NCBI RefSeq assembly: GCF_009914755.1
Contig: NC_060942.1
DNA: 64,000 bases
DNA from: the human T2T-CHM13v2.0 reference genome, Homo sapiens
Direction: 5' to 3' (one strand)
The notes under the pieces were generated by a model. The model was not told the origin of the DNA and did not search any database. It saw only the letters and a list, made by a program, of their open reading frames with translations. The position numbers were made by a program, and so were the translations under genes. This document shows positions 58,811-64,000 of this stretch, in pieces (the stretch's first letter is position 1; each line of letters starts with the position of its first letter).

Positions 58811-59469
58811 TTACGTGTTATTCTTAATAAATTGTCCAAAAACCATAAGGGCTTCAAGGCAGCCTATGAGAATTTGTTTGACAAAAATATTAAGTAACAA
58901 GAATACCAGGAACATGAAAGCCATCTCTAGCCACTGCCTCTTCCTAAATAGTCTCTGTGTGCCCCACAGGAGCCAATAATAATTGGACATTTTCTATTCC
59001 CCATTCCTCAGGAATTCCCAATTTCACTCTACTTAACTTTAGGTCAGTTTCTATCAATCACTCAAGAACTATATTCTATTATTTTGGAATGAAATATATT
59101 TTGTTTTCCAAATATATTTTCCTTCTCATTTTCATTCAGAAGTTGGAGGCAATATGGCTTCCACTTTGATGGCAAGCTTCCTGGTTTGATCAAATTTGGC
59201 AAAAAACAAGAACAAATATTTCTGACCCAGAGCTAATGGCTCCAGGCTTCATATAACATTTGAAATAAAAGTCAGCTTTGAAATTCTTCCCTAATAAAAT
59301 GTTTAAAGGTAATGGAATAAGTTATTTCAAATTTATATAATTTTTTTCAGAAATAAGCATAAACTCACTAATTTTTGTTAGACTTTATATTTGTAAACAT
59401 TATTCAATTTTTAAACCTATATTACAGAAACGCTCAGACTGAGATCCTTGTACAAAAACTTGTGCACAA

Positions 59470-60350
59470 AAATGCTTATTCTCTTTGCCTAGAATGCTCT
59501 TTGACAAATATACACATGGCTTGCTTCCTCACTTTATCCAGATCTCTACTCAAATGTTGTTTCAGAGAAACAACATCCTGTCTAAATATAACAAACATCA
59601 CTCTCTATTCCTCAACATTACTCTCTTAGTTTGTTTTCTGTTGCTGCAACAGAATACCACAGACTGAGTAATTTATAAAGAATAGAAGTCTATTTGGCTC
59701 ATGACTCTGGAGGCTGGAAAATCCAAGAGCAGAGCAATAGCAGCTGGCTAGGGTCATCTTATGCCAGGAGGGTGGAAGGCAAAAATGAGTATACAAGACA
59801 GAGGGGAAAAGGAGGCTGAATTCCTGTGATAACTCATCCATCCCCATGATCAGGGCATTAATCCATTCTTACTCCCAAGGGGAAAATTAATTTATTGCTG
59901 ACTTTTACCACATAGAATATTTACTGTTTCTTCACGAAAAAGAATAATGAACAGACTCACCATACCTTTGAGGCTTTCCCCTTTAAATCTAAATTGTCCT
60001 TTAAGCTGGGAGCCAGTACTGTAAGTAATGGTTTCTGTTGCAAGCAGGCAAGTTCAGGGCTCTGCTCTTATGAGCTAATCACCTCTTAAAGGTGCCACCT
60101 CTCTACACTGTTGGATTGGGGATTATCAACACATGAACTTTTAGGGGTCACATTTAACCCATAATAATTACTTTATTTTTAATTAGAGTATTCCTATCTA
60201 ACATTGTATTATGTGTTTATTGTGTATTTACTTGTTTGCCTTCTGCATTTACATGAAAGCTTCATAAAATCAGCAATTTTATTAATTTTGTTTACTCTGT
60301 ATCCTCAACTCCCAAAGAGTATATAGCCATACTAATTGCAGAACGAATAG
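59470..60350 (+). mobile_element. L2 3' fragment split by an MST LTR
   Basis: tgcctagaatgctct...catggcttgcttcctcact...ctactcaaatgtt, resuming after 60170 (gaaagcttcataaaatcag...tgtatcctcaac). Confidence 0.55.
59622..60170 (-). mobile_element. MST (MSTC/D-like) LTR carrying a non-MST insertion at 59869-60055
   Basis: tcttagtttgttttctgttgctgcaacagaataccacagactg...gcattaatccattc[insert]agggctctgctcttatgagctaatcacctcttaaagg. Confidence 0.85.
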
Positions 60351-60409
60351 ATTCTTTTTATGCTTAAACTCATTACCCCTTCCAAGGATTGATATTCTTC
60401 TATATTTTC

Positions 60410-60810
60410 TTCTAGTGGGAAGATAAGTTAGAGATCATAAGGAAACTGAGGGCCAAAGTATAGCATGACTTTTTCAAGGTTACATACTTAATTTGTGGCC
60501 AGCCCAAGCCTAAAATCTGACTCCTAGATTCCATTATACCACACTGACTTTGACTTTCTAATCATATGATGATACTTCCACTTGAATAGAGTACAGCAGT
60601 TAAAAGCACAGGCTCTGACCTCAGACTGTCTGTTTTCAAATTCCATTTCTGATGCTTATCAGCTATATTTAGGTAAATTATGAGGTCTTCATGGCTCAGA
60701 TTCCTTTTTTACACTGTAAGGGTAATAATAACCATGTCATGGAATTATTGTGAGCATGGATATTTCCTAGAACAGTAATTGGAACATAGTAATCATTCAA
60801 TAAGTGCTTA
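60410..60810. mobile_element. Two MIRs in opposite orientation
   Basis: ggaaactgagggccaaag...caaggttacatact (minus) and gttaaaagcacaggctctg...ttattgtgag (plus). Confidence 0.6.
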
Positions 60811-61559
60811 TTCACGTACTATTTCTATTATTCTCCTATTGCCTAGCACTGAATTTTTTACAGTGTATAAAGTTCTAAAATGTTCTTCTGTGAAATATTA
60901 TTGAAAATTGTTGTTCGTTCCACCAAAATTCTGATTATTTTATTCTCAGAAAAAAATGCCTATAGCTATTTACTATGTCCACCATTATAACTATACAAGC
61001 ATATCGATGGCATATACTGAAAGATTTGGATTTCAAAAATAAAAAACTACAAAAAAAGGAGTGTTTTGCTTTGTTTTGTTTTGTTTTGAATTGACCATAT
61101 TTCTGCTTTATCATATTCCCTGAGACACAAGACAACTTCGGTCCATTTCATGTAAGTTTCTTACTCCCAAGGGGAAAATTAATTTATTACTGACTTTTAC
61201 CCAAAGTCAGTAATAAACCACTTTTTACCACTTTTACTACTGTTTTTTCAATAAACAAGATGATGTACAGACTTACCATATCTTTGTGGGTTTTGCCCTT
61301 AAACCCAATCTGTCCTTTAAGTTGAGAGCCAGTTCTGTAAGAAATGATTCTGTTGCAAGCAGGCAAGTCAAAATTTGACTGCATTCTCAAGTTTGATTCT
61401 GTGTTTCATTTATAGTTTATTTTTCTAATATATCTTCTTGGTTCCAACAGTTAAAATATTAAGAGGATCCCCTCATATTCCTAACAATGAGCAACATCAA
61501 CATTCCATGAGGATTTCCAGTGCCACTGACAACTAAAATCCAGGACTGAAAAAGCTTCA

Positions 61560-63100
61560 GCATTAGGCCTTAGAAAATTAACTAATGGCAGACAGATTGA
61601 AGAAAGTAGTCGAAACTTGAAGAGGCGGTCCATACACAGATGAGTTTAGCAGTATTTGTTTTTCTGTCTCTCCTCCATGCTTTGAAAACAGGGTGGCCCC
61701 AGTCATGGAACTGCATAGCAAGGGCAGCAGCGAAACTATCAACCCATTTTTTTCTGACCTGAGGAGCAAGGAAAAGGAGACCTTGTGTTCCAAAGAATAG
61801 AACAGAAATTTTTTTCCTCTTGCCACTTTGCACCAAGGGTGACTCCAGTTGCCAGAATGAGGAGAGCTGGAGAAGCACATCCCCTAATTCCATGTAGAAA
61901 CTGGCACAATGCCTAGACTCCCTCTTGAGAGACACATGTGGAAAAGACACAAAGTAGCATAGCAAAGACTTTAAGATCAAAACTACAATATAAACCACCA
62001 TCCAAGTCTAGGCCAACTGCTCAGTGGACCAAGCCTTTATAGCAAAGGCTTTGAAATTCAAATGACATTATAACTACCATCCACAGAAAGATAGATAGAA
62101 CATACAGTCTGAGCCTAATTGGTTTGATTGTCTGCTAAAATAAATACAAAAACTCAACATTTTTCAGAGAATTTTAATAGGACTCAGAGTTTTACAATGC
62201 AATATTGAAAATATCTAAGATGTAATCTAAAATCACTCAATATATAAAGGCCCAAGGAAACATGAAAAATTCATAAGTGCAAAAACAATTAATTGATGAA
62301 AACCCCAAATAGCCTAGATTTCAAAATCACCAAAGACATTAAAGGAGATATCATAACTGTACTTCATGAGGTAAAGTGTCTTGAATGCCAGACATTCTCA
62401 TAGAGAAATAGGAACTATAATGATATGGTTTGGCTTTGTGTCCCCACCCAAATCTCATCCTGAATTCTAATCTCCAGGCGTTAAGGGAGGGGCCTGGTGG
62501 GAGGTGATTGGATTGTAGGGGCTGTTTCCCCCATCTTGTTCTCATGATAGTAAGTGAATTCTCATGAGAGCTGATGGTTTTATAAGGGGCTCTTCCTGCT
62601 TCACTTTCTCTCTCTCACCTGCTGCCATGTAAGATGTGCCTACTTCTACTTCTGCCACAATTGTTAAGTTTCCTGAGGCCTCCCCAGCCATGTGGAATTG
62701 TGGTTCAATTAAACGTCTTTTGTTTATAAATTATCCAGTCTTAGGTATTATCTTTATGGCAGTGTAAAGATGGACTAATACATATAAGAAGAAGCAAATG
62801 GAAAATTTTAAAACGATAAATTTTAAAAATAATGCCTGAAATAAGAAGTTTGCTAAATGAGCTCAGTAACAGAATGGAGATAGCAGAAGAAAGAATCAGT
62901 GAATTTAAATATTGATCAATTGAAATTTTTCCATCATAAGAACAGAGAGGAACATGATTGGGATAAAAATGAACAGAGTTTCATAGATCTGTAAAACTGT
63001 ATCAAAATGTGGAGCATTCATACCATTGAAGCCCCAGAAAAGAAAAAATGCGAGTGATACAGAAAGAATATTTGAAGAAGTATGTGTTATATTTTTTCAG
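61560..63100 (+). mobile_element. Ancient L1M 5'/ORF1 relic
   Basis: gagctcagtaacagaatggagatagcagaagaaagaatcagtgaattt...gaatatttgaagaa resembles the L1 ORF1 coiled-coil region. Confidence 0.6.
62421..62782 (+). mobile_element. THE1D/MSTA-type LTR
   Basis: tgatatggtttggctttgtgtcccc...ggactaataca; perfect TSD TATAA. Confidence 0.9.
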
Positions 63101-63560
63101 ATGCCCACTTAATTCCAGAAATGATTTACATTCTTACACAAATACATGTAACATATATTATCATCATCATTATTATTCCTATTATTGTTTAATGAGTAGG
63201 TGAAGATATTAAGATAAGGAAATAATGAAGACTAGAAAGAGAAGATGAAGCCAGTAGTGAAGTCTATAAACTAAACAAATCTCCTGAGGTCTTATATATT
63301 TTCTAGAGGTGTACCACCAATTTGGATTTCGGCTTTTCTAGTAGCCAACCAGAAGGAGGAAAGAGGGTCAGGTATTAAGAGTTACAGTGGCTGTACAGTG
63401 AAAATAACCAAGCGCTTAGAAGCAACTATTATTCCTGAAAATAAGATCACAAAGAAATTTCTCTCATCCATTCCCAGAAAGAAAACACTATACAACATCT
63501 TCTACATCTTTCCTATAGTGAAACAGCAATGAATTTCAAAAGGCTACTTCCCATAACATC

Positions 63561-63810
63561 TATCTTAGTCTGCTCAGGGGCTATAACAAATATACCATAG
63601 ACTGGGCAGCTTAAACAACAAACATTTATTTCTCACAATTCTGGAGGCTGGGAGCCTGAGATTAGGGTGCCAGCATGGGTGAGTTCTGGTGAAGGCTCCC
63701 TTCCTCTGTACACAGATGGCTACCTTCTCACTGTATTCTCACATGGCAGCAAAAGAAAGGAGCAAGCTCTCTCATATCCCTTCTCATAAGGGCACTAATG
63801 CCACCACGAG
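63561..63810 (-). mobile_element. MLT1A-like LTR, interrupted by LTR12
   Basis: tcttagtctgctcaggggctataacaaatataccatagactgggcagcttaaacaac...taagggcactaat. Confidence 0.8.
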
Positions 63811-64000
63811 TCAGAGGTGAAGCTGGCTGGTCTTCTGGGTCGGGTGGAGACTTGGAGAACTTTTCTGTCTAGCTAAAGGATTGTAAACACACCAATCAGT
63901 GCTCTGTGTCTAGCTAAAGGTTTGTAAATGCACCAATCAGCACTCTGTAAAAACAGACCAATCAGTACTCTGTGTCTAGCTAGAAGTTTGTAAACGCACC
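63811..64000 (+). mobile_element. LTR12 (ERV9) 5' part, cut by the window end
   Basis: tcagaggtgaagctggctgg...tgtctagctaaagg...ccaatcag repeats. Confidence 0.9.

Overview
Primate (hominoid-type, probably human) intergenic or intronic DNA made up mostly of interspersed repeats. No intact cellular protein-coding gene, RNA gene or CRISPR array can be supported. Main contents: (1) a two-LTR, pol-deleted MER52/HUERS-P3-like ERV1 provirus (2917-9933, minus strand; tRNA-Pro PBS, PPT, AAAT TSD) inserted into a MER58 hAT MITE; (2) a ~14 kb nest (15065-29240) in which an old L1PB-like 3' fragment hosts a near-full-length L1MA2-like element, which in turn hosts an MSTA LTR, a PPIA processed pseudogene and a full-length but inactivated L1PA2/3 with an open antisense ORF0; (3) an ancient ERVL pol relic split by an LTR12 and an AluY; (4) many Alu, MIR, L2, MaLR, MER4 and hAT elements. 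The least explained features are a ~190 bp local templated duplication (61161-61370 copied into an MST LTR at 59869-60055) that carries a splice-site-bounded 58 nt exon-like cassette in both copies, a triplicated gag start region in the ERV, and a TALE (PBX/MEIS) motif cluster in unique DNA. Repeat subfamily names come from recalled consensus sequences, and many boundaries are approximate. I see no evidence of a wholly new biological system.
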